From NCBI RefSeq assembly GCF_000009705.1, contig NC_003272.1:660001-692000 (forward strand): 32,000 nt of DNA, read 5' to 3'. A model generated the notes under the pieces. That model did not search any database. It worked only from the letters and a program-made list of their open reading frames with translations, and was not told the DNA's origin. Both the position numbers and the translations under genes were made by a program. Shown piece by piece: positions 17,653-25,827 of the stretch (within the stretch, counting starts at the first letter, position 1; every line of letters starts with the position of its first letter). This DNA comes from Nostoc sp. PCC 7120 = FACHB-418 (lineage in GTDB: Bacteria > Cyanobacteriota > Cyanobacteriia > Cyanobacteriales > Nostocaceae).

Positions 17653-19893
17653 ATGCTTACCAGACGCATCTTACTAAAATTTGCGAAACCCTATCCAGGA
17701 TTAATTCTACTGACGATAATATTAGGATTCTCTGGAGCTTTATTTAATGGGATTAGTACAGCACTGATTGTACCAGTAATTTTAAGAATAGTAGGACAAC
17801 CAGTAGACTTAAAAGGCGCTCCGGGGTTGCTCAAAGCCATTATGACCCCATTCGATAATGTGCCAGAAAATTATCGGATTGCCGCAATGGCAGGAGCAAT
17901 CATCCTGACAATTGCCTTAAAAAACTTAGCCACATATACCAGCACGCTATCATCAAGTTCTCTAACTCGCAGACTTACTGCGGATATGCGAGAGGCAGGC
18001 ATCGATTTATTACTAAATATTGATATAGATTATTATGCCAAAACCAAAGTTGGTGATTTAATCAATCGTTTGGGAGGTGAAATTGGCCGTGCCGCTAGTT
18101 ATGTAGGCAATATCATCAGATTAGTTATTGTCAGCGTTACAATTTCCGTTTTTGTCTGTCTATTACTATCAATTTCTTGGCAATTAACTATCATGGCGAC
18201 AATCTTGCTGTCGCTAGTAACATTAGTCAATCAATTTGCAATTAGTCGTTCTCGTCAGTTTGGCAAGATATTGAGTGAAATGTCGAAAGCCTACTCCATA
18301 GCTGTGCTAGAAACTCTCAATGGCATTCGTCTTGTCAAGACTACAGCGAACGAAAGGAAAGAATTTAATAGAATTAAACGACTAATTCGTGAGCGCGAAT
18401 CCGCAGATTTTAAAGCTCAGATGAACTCCAACGCCATCACTCCCTTAAGTGAATTTTTGGGAGTTACATCTTTGTTAATAATTGTGCTGTTAAGTAAAAC
18501 TTTTTTCGCTGATCAAATTAGTACACTTTCGGCTGTTCTGTTAACATATTTACTAATATTATTACGTCTACTACCCCTAGTTTCTCAACTCAATAGTCTC
18601 CGTAGTAGCTTTGCTAGCATGAATGCTAGTGTAGACTCGGTAACTGAACTACTCAGATTAGATGATAAACCATTCTTAATAAATGGAAAAATTGCCTACA
18701 ACGGCTTAAAAACAGGGATTACGTTTAAATCTGTTTCCTTCACTTACCCTGGTCATGATAAACAAGTACTCAAAGATGTAACTTTAAAACTACCCCGTGG
18801 CACAACATTAGCATTGGTAGGAGGCTCAGGAGCAGGTAAATCTACCTTGGCAGACTTATTACCCAGATTTTATGACCCAACTGGTGGCTGTATTATTTTA
18901 GATGATACCGATTTGCGTGAGTTTGATATCACCTCTATCCGTAAGTGTATGGGTATCGTTAGCCAGGATACTTTTCTCTTCAATAATTCAGTGCGGAATA
19001 ATATTGCCTATGGTAAACAAGAAGCCACAGAAGAAGAGGTTGTAGCAGCTGCTAAACGGGCAAATGCCTACGAATTTATTAGTAAACTGCCCCAACAATT
19101 TGATACTATGATTGGCGATCGCGGTGTCATGTTATCGGGAGGACAAAGACAAAGATTAGCGATCGCTCGCGCTCTCTTACAAAACCCTGATATTCTGATT
19201 CTCGACGAAGCAACTAGCGCTTTAGACACCGTTTCGGAACGTTTGGTACAAGGAGCGCTAGAAGAACTCAGCCGCGACAGGACAACTCTAGTTATTGCTC
19301 ACCGTCTGTCTACAGTCCGCAAAGCCGACCAAATCGCTGTCTTGGAGCAAGGAAAAGTCGTAGAGGTGGGAACCCATGAAGAGCTATTACAAAAGGGTGG
19401 TTACTACTCACGCCTTTATGGAATGCAGTTTAGCAATAATGCTGAAACCACAAATAGAACCAATCAAAGCTTATTGCGAATTTCCCATGAAATCCGTACA
19501 CGCCTCCACTCCATGATTGGTGTCTTACGGCTGTTATTGGATGATGTTACAAACAATAACCAAGAACACCAAGAATTGATTGAAGACTCATACAAGTCAG
19601 CATTTAAAATTATCAATACTCTAGACATTTTTGAAGATAGTCTACAACAGCAAGTCTATTATTTATCTACGTCACTATTGGAGGATAATCAAAATAACAA
19701 TACCCTACTCGAACACCTGAAAAATATCAATGAATTTCGGATACAGTTCAACAATATATTAGTCTCTCTGCGGTCATTGACTGATAGCACAGGAGAGTTA
19801 GAACAAAGTGAGTATTTATTGTTAAAAGAATCTCTAAATGTATCGATGAATTTACTCGATTGTTTAGAAAATGTTGAAACAGGCATCTTCTAA
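17653..19893 (+). CDS. ABC exporter half-transporter (TMD-NBD, MsbA-like) with C-terminal HisKA/DHp-like extension
   Basis: Has a six-helix TMD, Walker A GGSGAGKST, signature LSGGQRQ, Walker B ILILDEATSALD and the H-loop IAHRLST. An extra ~150 aa follow the NBD. Confidence 0.9.
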   Translation: MLTRRILLKFAKPYPGLILLTIILGFSGALFNGISTALIVPVILRIVGQPVDLKGAPGLLKAIMTPFDNVPENYRIAAMAGAIILTIALKNLATYTSTLSSSSLTRRLTADMREAGIDLLLNIDIDYYAKTKVGDLINRLGGEIGRAASYVGNIIRLVIVSVTISVFVCLLLSISWQLTIMATILLSLVTLVNQFAISRSRQFGKILSEMSKAYSIAVLETLNGIRLVKTTANERKEFNRIKRLIRERESADFKAQMNSNAITPLSEFLGVTSLLIIVLLSKTFFADQISTLSAVLLTYLLILLRLLPLVSQLNSLRSSFASMNASVDSVTELLRLDDKPFLINGKIAYNGLKTGITFKSVSFTYPGHDKQVLKDVTLKLPRGTTLALVGGSGAGKSTLADLLPRFYDPTGGCIILDDTDLREFDITSIRKCMGIVSQDTFLFNNSVRNNIAYGKQEATEEEVVAAAKRANAYEFISKLPQQFDTMIGDRGVMLSGGQRQRLAIARALLQNPDILILDEATSALDTVSERLVQGALEELSRDRTTLVIAHRLSTVRKADQIAVLEQGKVVEVGTHEELLQKGGYYSRLYGMQFSNNAETTNRTNQSLLRISHEIRTRLHSMIGVLRLLLDDVTNNNQEHQELIEDSYKSAFKIINTLDIFEDSLQQQVYYLSTSLLEDNQNNNTLLEHLKNINEFRIQFNNILVSLRSLTDSTGELEQSEYLLLKESLNVSMNLLDCLENVETGIF
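19432..19893 (+). other. HisKA (DHp)-like domain appended to the ABC exporter; no HATPase_c domain
   Basis: LLRISHEIRTRLHSMIGVLRLLLDD...QELIEDSYKSAFKIINTLDIFEDSLQ parallels the histidine-kinase H-box consensus xSHELRTPLxxIxGxxxLL. The His codon is at 19486-19488. No N/G1/G2 boxes follow. Confidence 0.6.
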
Positions 19894-19927
19894 AATGCTC
19901 ACAGAATTATTTGCCCTAAAGTAAACA

Positions 19928-21130
19928 ATGAAAAATAAATATATTTTCTATAGCAGAATCATTTCCCAGAAACCAGATACAGCTCACGAAATTCATGACG
20001 TTCTTTGTGCTAACGGCGCAGCTAATTTAGGATATGCCTCTGTTTTAGTATATCCAGAAACTAAACGAGGTTCTGGGAATACATTAGATTTACTTTACCC
20101 TTTCCAACCGAAACAGCCAGATCAGAGTTTTGTAGATTTTTACGATGTGCAAGATAAGCTAAAAGTGGCATCTTTACCAATGCCCTGGCCGATTGATTGT
20201 GTAGGGGGTAAGTTTACAGCATCTAGTACAGTTGTAACCCGATATTATCTACCATTCCATCTCCTAAAATATACAAAAATTGTTCACACTAGAGACTGGA
20301 ATTTTGTCCAAGCAGCAATCAAAAACTGCATTCCTACTATCTACGAACGCCACTATTTTCAAAAGGAAAAAGTTCCCAAAGCCATTGCTGAAAGTCCATT
20401 TCTACAAGTTGCTGTCACCCAATCAGAAATTATAAGACAAAGTTTGATTGAACAGGGATTTCCCCCAGAAAAAGTTGTTTGGGTACATAACGGATTTGAT
20501 CAATCATTTTTATTACGACAATCGGAACAAGCTACAGCATGGCGCAAAGAATTACTCAAAGATGAACTTCAGTCGCTAGTAGTTTATTCTGGTGCTTTAT
20601 ACCCCTTTAAGGGCATTGATGTTTTAATTGATGCAGCCAAAGAATTACCACAAGTTCAGTTTGCCATTACAGGGGGTAAGACAGAACAAGTAACAGCTTA
20701 TCAACAATTGGCTAAAGATAAACAAGTAGAAAATGTCAAGTTTCTAGGTTGGATATTGCCACGCCAACGCTTAGTCAGCCTATTTCAAGCTGCTGATATT
20801 TTGGTTCATCCCCACTGCTCTGGCAAGTCTGCTAATTTCACTAATCCTGTGAAATTCTTCCAATATATGGCTTCTGGAACTCCCATAGTGATTACAGAAA
20901 TTCCTCCGTTAATGCCTTTTAAAGATATGCCTTTAGCTGCTGTATGGTGTGAACCGGATAATCCTTACCAACTGGCTAAAGCACTGAAGCAAGCATTAGA
21001 AATTTATCCGAGAAAAATAGAAGGTTACACAAATAATGTTGAATTGGCGAAGCCATTTTCTTGGGAAAATAGAGCCGAAAAAATTCTCAGTTACGTTGAT
21101 GAATCTTTCCGTCCACAACTCATAACTTAA
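19928..21130 (+). CDS. glycosyltransferase, GT-B fold (family 4-like)
   Basis: 400 aa. The C-terminal domain reads VVYSGALYPFKGIDVLIDAAKELPQVQFAITGG...FLGW...ADILVHP...PVKFFQYMASGTPIVITEIP. Confidence 0.75.
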   Translation: MKNKYIFYSRIISQKPDTAHEIHDVLCANGAANLGYASVLVYPETKRGSGNTLDLLYPFQPKQPDQSFVDFYDVQDKLKVASLPMPWPIDCVGGKFTASSTVVTRYYLPFHLLKYTKIVHTRDWNFVQAAIKNCIPTIYERHYFQKEKVPKAIAESPFLQVAVTQSEIIRQSLIEQGFPPEKVVWVHNGFDQSFLLRQSEQATAWRKELLKDELQSLVVYSGALYPFKGIDVLIDAAKELPQVQFAITGGKTEQVTAYQQLAKDKQVENVKFLGWILPRQRLVSLFQAADILVHPHCSGKSANFTNPVKFFQYMASGTPIVITEIPPLMPFKDMPLAAVWCEPDNPYQLAKALKQALEIYPRKIEGYTNNVELAKPFSWENRAEKILSYVDESFRPQLIT

Positions 21131-21152
21131 ATTTAAAATTAAATTATAAATA

Positions 21153-22127
21153 ATGAATATTGGCTCTATGGATATACAGAAAATTGGCATGATTACCAGC
21201 TACCGCAATCTGGCAAAAAGAGCAGATTGGTTGTGGCAACAAACACCCCAACAATTTGGTATTTGGCAAAATATTCAGATACAAGCACTGTCAGGAAAAC
21301 CAGATTTTCTGTTAATGTATCAATTTGATTTTCCTAAAGATAATCAGCAAACATCTTTGATAGATAAGCTAAGGCAAAAACTACAAAATCCACAAGTCAA
21401 TGTTGAATCCCTACTCAGAGATGTTCCCAAAGAAAAAATTATTTATCTATTACGTGAACCTCCCCTAGATGAGATTGTAGAGAAAAATAAACGCTATTAT
21501 CAAGAAGCAAAAAAGTATTGCGGTTATATTTCTGGCCCTGATGATTTTGCCCCTAAGCCTGATTATATGCCGGCAATTTGGTATCACAACAACTCATTTC
21601 GGGAACTAAATGAAATGCCTGTTCCCGAAAAAGTCTTTCCTTGCAGTTGGATAACTTCTGGTATTAGCCGGACTGTTAACCATCGTCGCCGATTAAAATT
21701 TGTGGAATTAATACAAGCTAGCGAAGTTAAGTGTGATGTATATGGACGCGACTTACCTATATGGGCAAAATCATTAGGAGAACTGGGTAACAAGTGGTAT
21801 GGAATGGCTCCATATTATTACAACTTATCAATTGAAAATTATGCCGACAATGATTGGTATGTGAGTGAAAAATTATGGGATGCTCTGTTGGCGTGGTGTT
21901 TGCCGATTTATTATGGTGGGCCAGCCGCAGATAAGCTATTACCCCCAGGCAGTTTTTTACGTTTACCCAGTTTGGATGAAAAAGGTATTGCTTACATTCA
22001 AGAAGTGACGGCTACCCCTGATGCTTGGTATGCTGCCAAGGATGCGATCGCCGAAGCTAGACAACTTATCTTACACAAGTTAAATTTACTCAACTGGTTG
22101 TCAGAATTCGTTACTCAATTTTCCTAG
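21153..22127 (+). CDS. GT10-like glycosyltransferase (alpha-1,3/4-fucosyltransferase-type motif)
   Basis: YNLSIENYADNDWYVSEKLWDALLAWCLPIYYGGPAADKLLPPGSFLRL aligns with the GT10 signature FxLSFENSxxxxYVTEKxxDAxxxxxIPIYWGxP...P.SF. The start is uncertain (ATG at 21153, 21168 or 21189). Confidence 0.7.
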   Translation: MNIGSMDIQKIGMITSYRNLAKRADWLWQQTPQQFGIWQNIQIQALSGKPDFLLMYQFDFPKDNQQTSLIDKLRQKLQNPQVNVESLLRDVPKEKIIYLLREPPLDEIVEKNKRYYQEAKKYCGYISGPDDFAPKPDYMPAIWYHNNSFRELNEMPVPEKVFPCSWITSGISRTVNHRRRLKFVELIQASEVKCDVYGRDLPIWAKSLGELGNKWYGMAPYYYNLSIENYADNDWYVSEKLWDALLAWCLPIYYGGPAADKLLPPGSFLRLPSLDEKGIAYIQEVTATPDAWYAAKDAIAEARQLILHKLNLLNWLSEFVTQFS

Positions 22128-22168
22128 ACAGTGTTTGATAAATCTTATTAATCAATGGTGAGTAATAT

Positions 22169-23164
22169 ATGGATGGTATTTGTACCCTTGCAAATGATCG
22201 AGTTTACGACCAGTTAATTGCTCTACTTAATAGTATTGAAGCAATTTACGGGACGCAAATGCCTGTTTGCATTTATCCCTATGACGACGAGACAACAGAA
22301 ATTGCTGCGGAAATTGCCCGTCGTCCTAATGTACAGCTTTATGATCATCAAGATTCAATCAAGCAATGGGATGAATTTGTTTGTCGTGTTTGGGATACTC
22401 ATCCTACAGCTAAAGCACATTGGCAGAAAATTAGTGAGGAAAAATATTTTCGAGTTGGTACTCATCGCCGTTTCTGTGCCTTTGATGGGCCTTTTGATCG
22501 CTTTGTCTATATGGATGCAGACACATTATTAATGAGTCCCTTAGATGCGATTTTTCAGCAATTAAATCACTATGATTGGGTAGTTCATGACTTCCAATAT
22601 AAGGATTTATCTCATGTTTATAATGTTAATTCTCCCAAATTAAAAGAGTTATTTACCAAAGAAAAATTACAAACAGAGATATTTTGTTCGGGATTTTACG
22701 CTGCTAAAAAAGATTTATTCACTGCTAAAAATCGAGAAACTATTATAAATAAACTGGGTCAGGGAGAGGCTGAGGTTCTTTATGATATGGCTCCTGACCA
22801 AACTGTACTTAATTATATGGTTATGCGGTTAGGCATTTCTAATTATAATTTCGCTCGCAGTTTATCCCATCAAGAAAAAACTGGTTGTTGTGTAACTTCT
22901 CCCCATTTTGAAGTGCGAGATAACATTTTATATGACAAAGGTAATCGACTCACATATATTCATTATATTGGGCTAAGATCAGCTTTATTTAGACAAGTTT
23001 GTGCTGGAGAAAATATTGACTTTCCTTATCGGGATGTGTTTTTGTATTACCGCTATCTGCATGAACCAAACCAATGCCCACAGTTCACAACAAAGCCAAA
23101 AGTTATCGAGACTTATCCGAGTCTAGGTAAAAGAATTTTAAAAAAATTAGGTTTAACAGTATGA
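22169..23164 (+). CDS. putative GT-A fold (GT8-like) glycosyltransferase, paralogue 1
   Basis: The N-terminus reads ICTLANDRVYDQLIALLNSI, and the DxD motif sits in FVYMDADTLL. It is clearly paralogous to the next ORF. Confidence 0.6.
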   Translation: MDGICTLANDRVYDQLIALLNSIEAIYGTQMPVCIYPYDDETTEIAAEIARRPNVQLYDHQDSIKQWDEFVCRVWDTHPTAKAHWQKISEEKYFRVGTHRRFCAFDGPFDRFVYMDADTLLMSPLDAIFQQLNHYDWVVHDFQYKDLSHVYNVNSPKLKELFTKEKLQTEIFCSGFYAAKKDLFTAKNRETIINKLGQGEAEVLYDMAPDQTVLNYMVMRLGISNYNFARSLSHQEKTGCCVTSPHFEVRDNILYDKGNRLTYIHYIGLRSALFRQVCAGENIDFPYRDVFLYYRYLHEPNQCPQFTTKPKVIETYPSLGKRILKKLGLTV

Positions 23165-23165
23165 G

Positions 23166-24101
23166 GTGAAAGATATGAGTCGGGGAATATATATTATAGC
23201 CAATGATAAAGTTATTGATCAGGCGATCGCACTACTAAATAGTATCCGATTACATGACGCAGATACGCCAGTTGTGATGATTCCCTATGATGATAATTAT
23301 CACAAGATAGCAGACATCCTTAAGCTAAACTATGGAGTTCAACTTTATGATGATTTAGCTTTTATAGACCAACTTTCTCAAAGATTACACGAAACTTTCG
23401 GTGGGCGCTTTTTTGCCCGTCCCAATCAATTTCGTAAGCAAGCCTGTTGGTTTGGACCTTTCGACGAATTTTTATATATTGATACTGATATTGTTGTCTT
23501 TGAAAAAATCATTGATAATCTCAACTACCTTGCAGAAGCAGATTTTATTTGCTGCGATTATCAACATTCTGGCGGTATAAAAAACGTTTTTACTTCTAAA
23601 GTTCTAGAGGATAAAGTTTTTACTGAGGCAGAAGTTAAAGATATATTTAATGGCGGTTTTTGGGGTTCTAAGAAAAACTTAATCTCGGCAGATGATTTAT
23701 TTGCCACTTTTAGCGAGTGTGCAGCACATCCCGAATATTTTGACTTTTCAGAAAAGACTTCTGATCAACCAATCATTAATTATATGTTGCTCAAGCGCAT
23801 TCAGCGCCGCTTCAATATTGTGCGCCGGGAAGGTAAAGCACCAGGTAATTGGGCTGGTTCTTCTCATTTCCAAACTCAGGGTAACTTAGTATTTGATCCT
23901 CATATTAATCAACCCCTGCAATATCTGCATTGGGCTGGTATTCGCATTCAACCAGGCTGTCCCTATTGGGAAATATGGGAACATTATCGAAATCTGAATC
24001 CCCATTTACCTGCATTAACAATACCTATACCAGCAAAACAAAGCCAGTGGGAAAAAACCTTAAACCGCATCAAAACTCAATTACGACAGCTTACAAAGTA
24101 G
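23166..24101 (+). CDS. putative GT-A fold (GT8-like) glycosyltransferase, paralogue 2
   Basis: The N-terminus reads IYIIANDKVIDQAIALLNSI, and the DxD motif sits in FLYIDTDIVV. GTG 23166 abuts the upstream stop (TGA 23162-23164). ATG 23175, with GAGG at 23163-23166, is the more likely start. Confidence 0.6.
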   Translation: MKDMSRGIYIIANDKVIDQAIALLNSIRLHDADTPVVMIPYDDNYHKIADILKLNYGVQLYDDLAFIDQLSQRLHETFGGRFFARPNQFRKQACWFGPFDEFLYIDTDIVVFEKIIDNLNYLAEADFICCDYQHSGGIKNVFTSKVLEDKVFTEAEVKDIFNGGFWGSKKNLISADDLFATFSECAAHPEYFDFSEKTSDQPIINYMLLKRIQRRFNIVRREGKAPGNWAGSSHFQTQGNLVFDPHINQPLQYLHWAGIRIQPGCPYWEIWEHYRNLNPHLPALTIPIPAKQSQWEKTLNRIKTQLRQLTK

Positions 24102-24389
24102 TTGAAATTAAAGCCAAAAATCCTGATTTTAGAGGCTTTCTGGCTTTAACAATCTATGACAATTGATAAACACCGAACTCTTTTCTAATAGATGAATTGA
24201 AACAATCATGACATGAGTTGGTGAAAAATGCCGGGCATACATCAACCCTTTAATGATTTTTTTCCTTTATCTTGCCTTTGTTGAAGGATATTACGAGCAG
24301 GTATGGGAAAGTCAACTTCAACATAGTTAACATGAGGATGGTTAAACTTTATATCCGGCTTTTCATGGCAAACAACAACTACTCTAAAG

Positions 24390-24718
24390 TTAACGTGAGT
24401 TCGACGAATCAAAAAACAGCAGGAGGTAGAGCAGTTAAGCCTTGGGCATAAATATCGAGAGATGATTTATGAGGTAAATTAAGTATAAGCAGCCAAATCA
24501 GGCATCAAGTTTACCAAAAAGTTGAAAACACTTCGATGTCTAGAATGTTCAATTTTACACAGGTTTTTGAGATGGTCATTAACTGACTCAATCACGGCAC
24601 GTTTGCGTGAAAGAATTTTATCAATCAGTTTTATCATCAACCTGTCGAACTCCTAAGAAAACAGAATAGTTTCTTTCGCCCTTCCCACAGGTGCGCCGCC
24701 GTTGGAGACTCACGTTAA
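24390..24718 (-). mobile_element. internally deleted, MITE-like remnant of an IS982-family element
   Basis: The terminal repeat TTAACGTGAGTTCGACG lies at 24390-24406. The opposite end, CTCACGTTAA, lies at 24709-24718. The interior keeps only the 3' end of the transposase gene. Confidence 0.7.
24407..24637 (-). pseudogene. IS982-family transposase C-terminal fragment
   Basis: The reverse strand reads [52 protein letters not shown]. This is near-identical to residues from about 128 of the 25900-26505 transposase. A premature TAA lies at 24481-24479. Confidence 0.7.
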
Positions 24719-24720
24719 AG

Positions 24721-25728
24721 TTACTTAGGTAGTATTGAGTTGATTATTTTAAACATACGCTGACTCTTTAGTCTAATATATCTTCTGATAAATAATGCAG
24801 TTTTTTGAATCTCAGTCATTCCTAACCAATTTTCATATTCAGGAAAAACATAGTTGTTAAAAAAGTTAATCCAGTGCTGAGTAACTTTTGCTTCACTAAA
24901 TTCTTGTCCTCGTTCTTTTCCATTTTGAACCATTGACAAATATATTTCTGAATTACTTTTTAATTGCTTTACAGCCTCAATTATTTCACTCAATGAATTT
25001 ACGCTCAAAAAATCTAATTCTGACTTTTTGATAGCCACAAAAGCGGATTCTGGTGCTAAAATACCTACAACTCCAGCATTCCAACAGTTTACTAACTTGC
25101 TGGCTGGCTTGTGTGTGTGAGTCTGTTTATCAAAACTACGCACTGCAATAATAATATCTATACTGCTATAGTCATTCCATTTGCTTTGATCAAAAATTGG
25201 ATACCATTGACAGTCTAATTCCTCTATTACCTTAATCCATTGGTCAGAGTTGAATTCATGTGCCAAGTTACTTCTTGAACCCATAAAAGCAATATTTTTT
25301 ACAGTAGAACCTCGCTCTTTTGACCTTGGGATTAAACCTATTTGGGGCCAATGAGGAATATAATAAGGATTCCAAAGTTTGTTTTGCTGATCTTGAAATC
25401 GAACAGGATTATGAACAATATGTAAATATGCTGATGGATGAAATTCTCGATCCCCCTGTGCGCAAATTAACATTGTTTTACCCAAATAGGGATATTTATT
25501 ACTGAGAGTATCTCTATCAGCAATTAATATTCCTCCTTCTGGTACATAGTCTATCAGTTCACAAGAAAAACCACTTCTCTTAAGCTGAAGATACGTCGTT
25601 AAAATCCAAGACGTAAAATTACCAGATAATAATTTCCGAGCTACTGAAATTTGATCCCAGCATAGGTCATTTTGTAATTTTAACTGTTTCAAACTTCCTT
25701 TGGGAGCATAAAAGTAAATGGTTTTCAT
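24721..25728 (-). CDS. orphan hypothetical protein (335 aa), possibly glycosyltransferase-like
   Basis: An intact, visibly AT-rich ORF bracketed by the two IS remnants. The segment HKPASKLVNCWNAGVVGILAPESAF is reminiscent of a GT-B C-domain nucleotide-sugar site. I recognise no family. Confidence 0.6.
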   Translation of the reverse strand: MKTIYFYAPKGSLKQLKLQNDLCWDQISVARKLLSGNFTSWILTTYLQLKRSGFSCELIDYVPEGGILIADRDTLSNKYPYLGKTMLICAQGDREFHPSAYLHIVHNPVRFQDQQNKLWNPYYIPHWPQIGLIPRSKERGSTVKNIAFMGSRSNLAHEFNSDQWIKVIEELDCQWYPIFDQSKWNDYSSIDIIIAVRSFDKQTHTHKPASKLVNCWNAGVVGILAPESAFVAIKKSELDFLSVNSLSEIIEAVKQLKSNSEIYLSMVQNGKERGQEFSEAKVTQHWINFFNNYVFPEYENWLGMTEIQKTALFIRRYIRLKSQRMFKIINSILPK

Positions 25729-25827
25729 AGTTGTTAAATATTGTTATAGCTAGTCAAAACTAAATTTCAAGAAATCCCGATCTTCAATAGTAGATATTCA
25801 GTTTATTTTCAAAACTTCAGTTAGAGG

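Noticed and set aside
17653-19893. ABC exporter as a bacteriocin/RiPP (glycocin-type) exporter acting on the upstream small protein.
   Set aside because: There is no N-terminal C39 peptidase domain. The small ORF has no double-glycine leader. It is also separated from the operon by a 175-nt spacer containing probable promoter elements.
24247-24389. About 47 codons of open frame on the minus strand abutting the IS remnant (FRVVVVCHEKPDIKFNHPHVNYVEVDFPIPARNILQQRQDKGKKSLKG*), considered as the severed 3' end of the 335-aa ORF.
   Set aside because: Removing the IS remnant and one AAGT copy restores the native TAA stop of the 335-aa ORF and puts this frame out of register. It has no start codon and no recognisable family.
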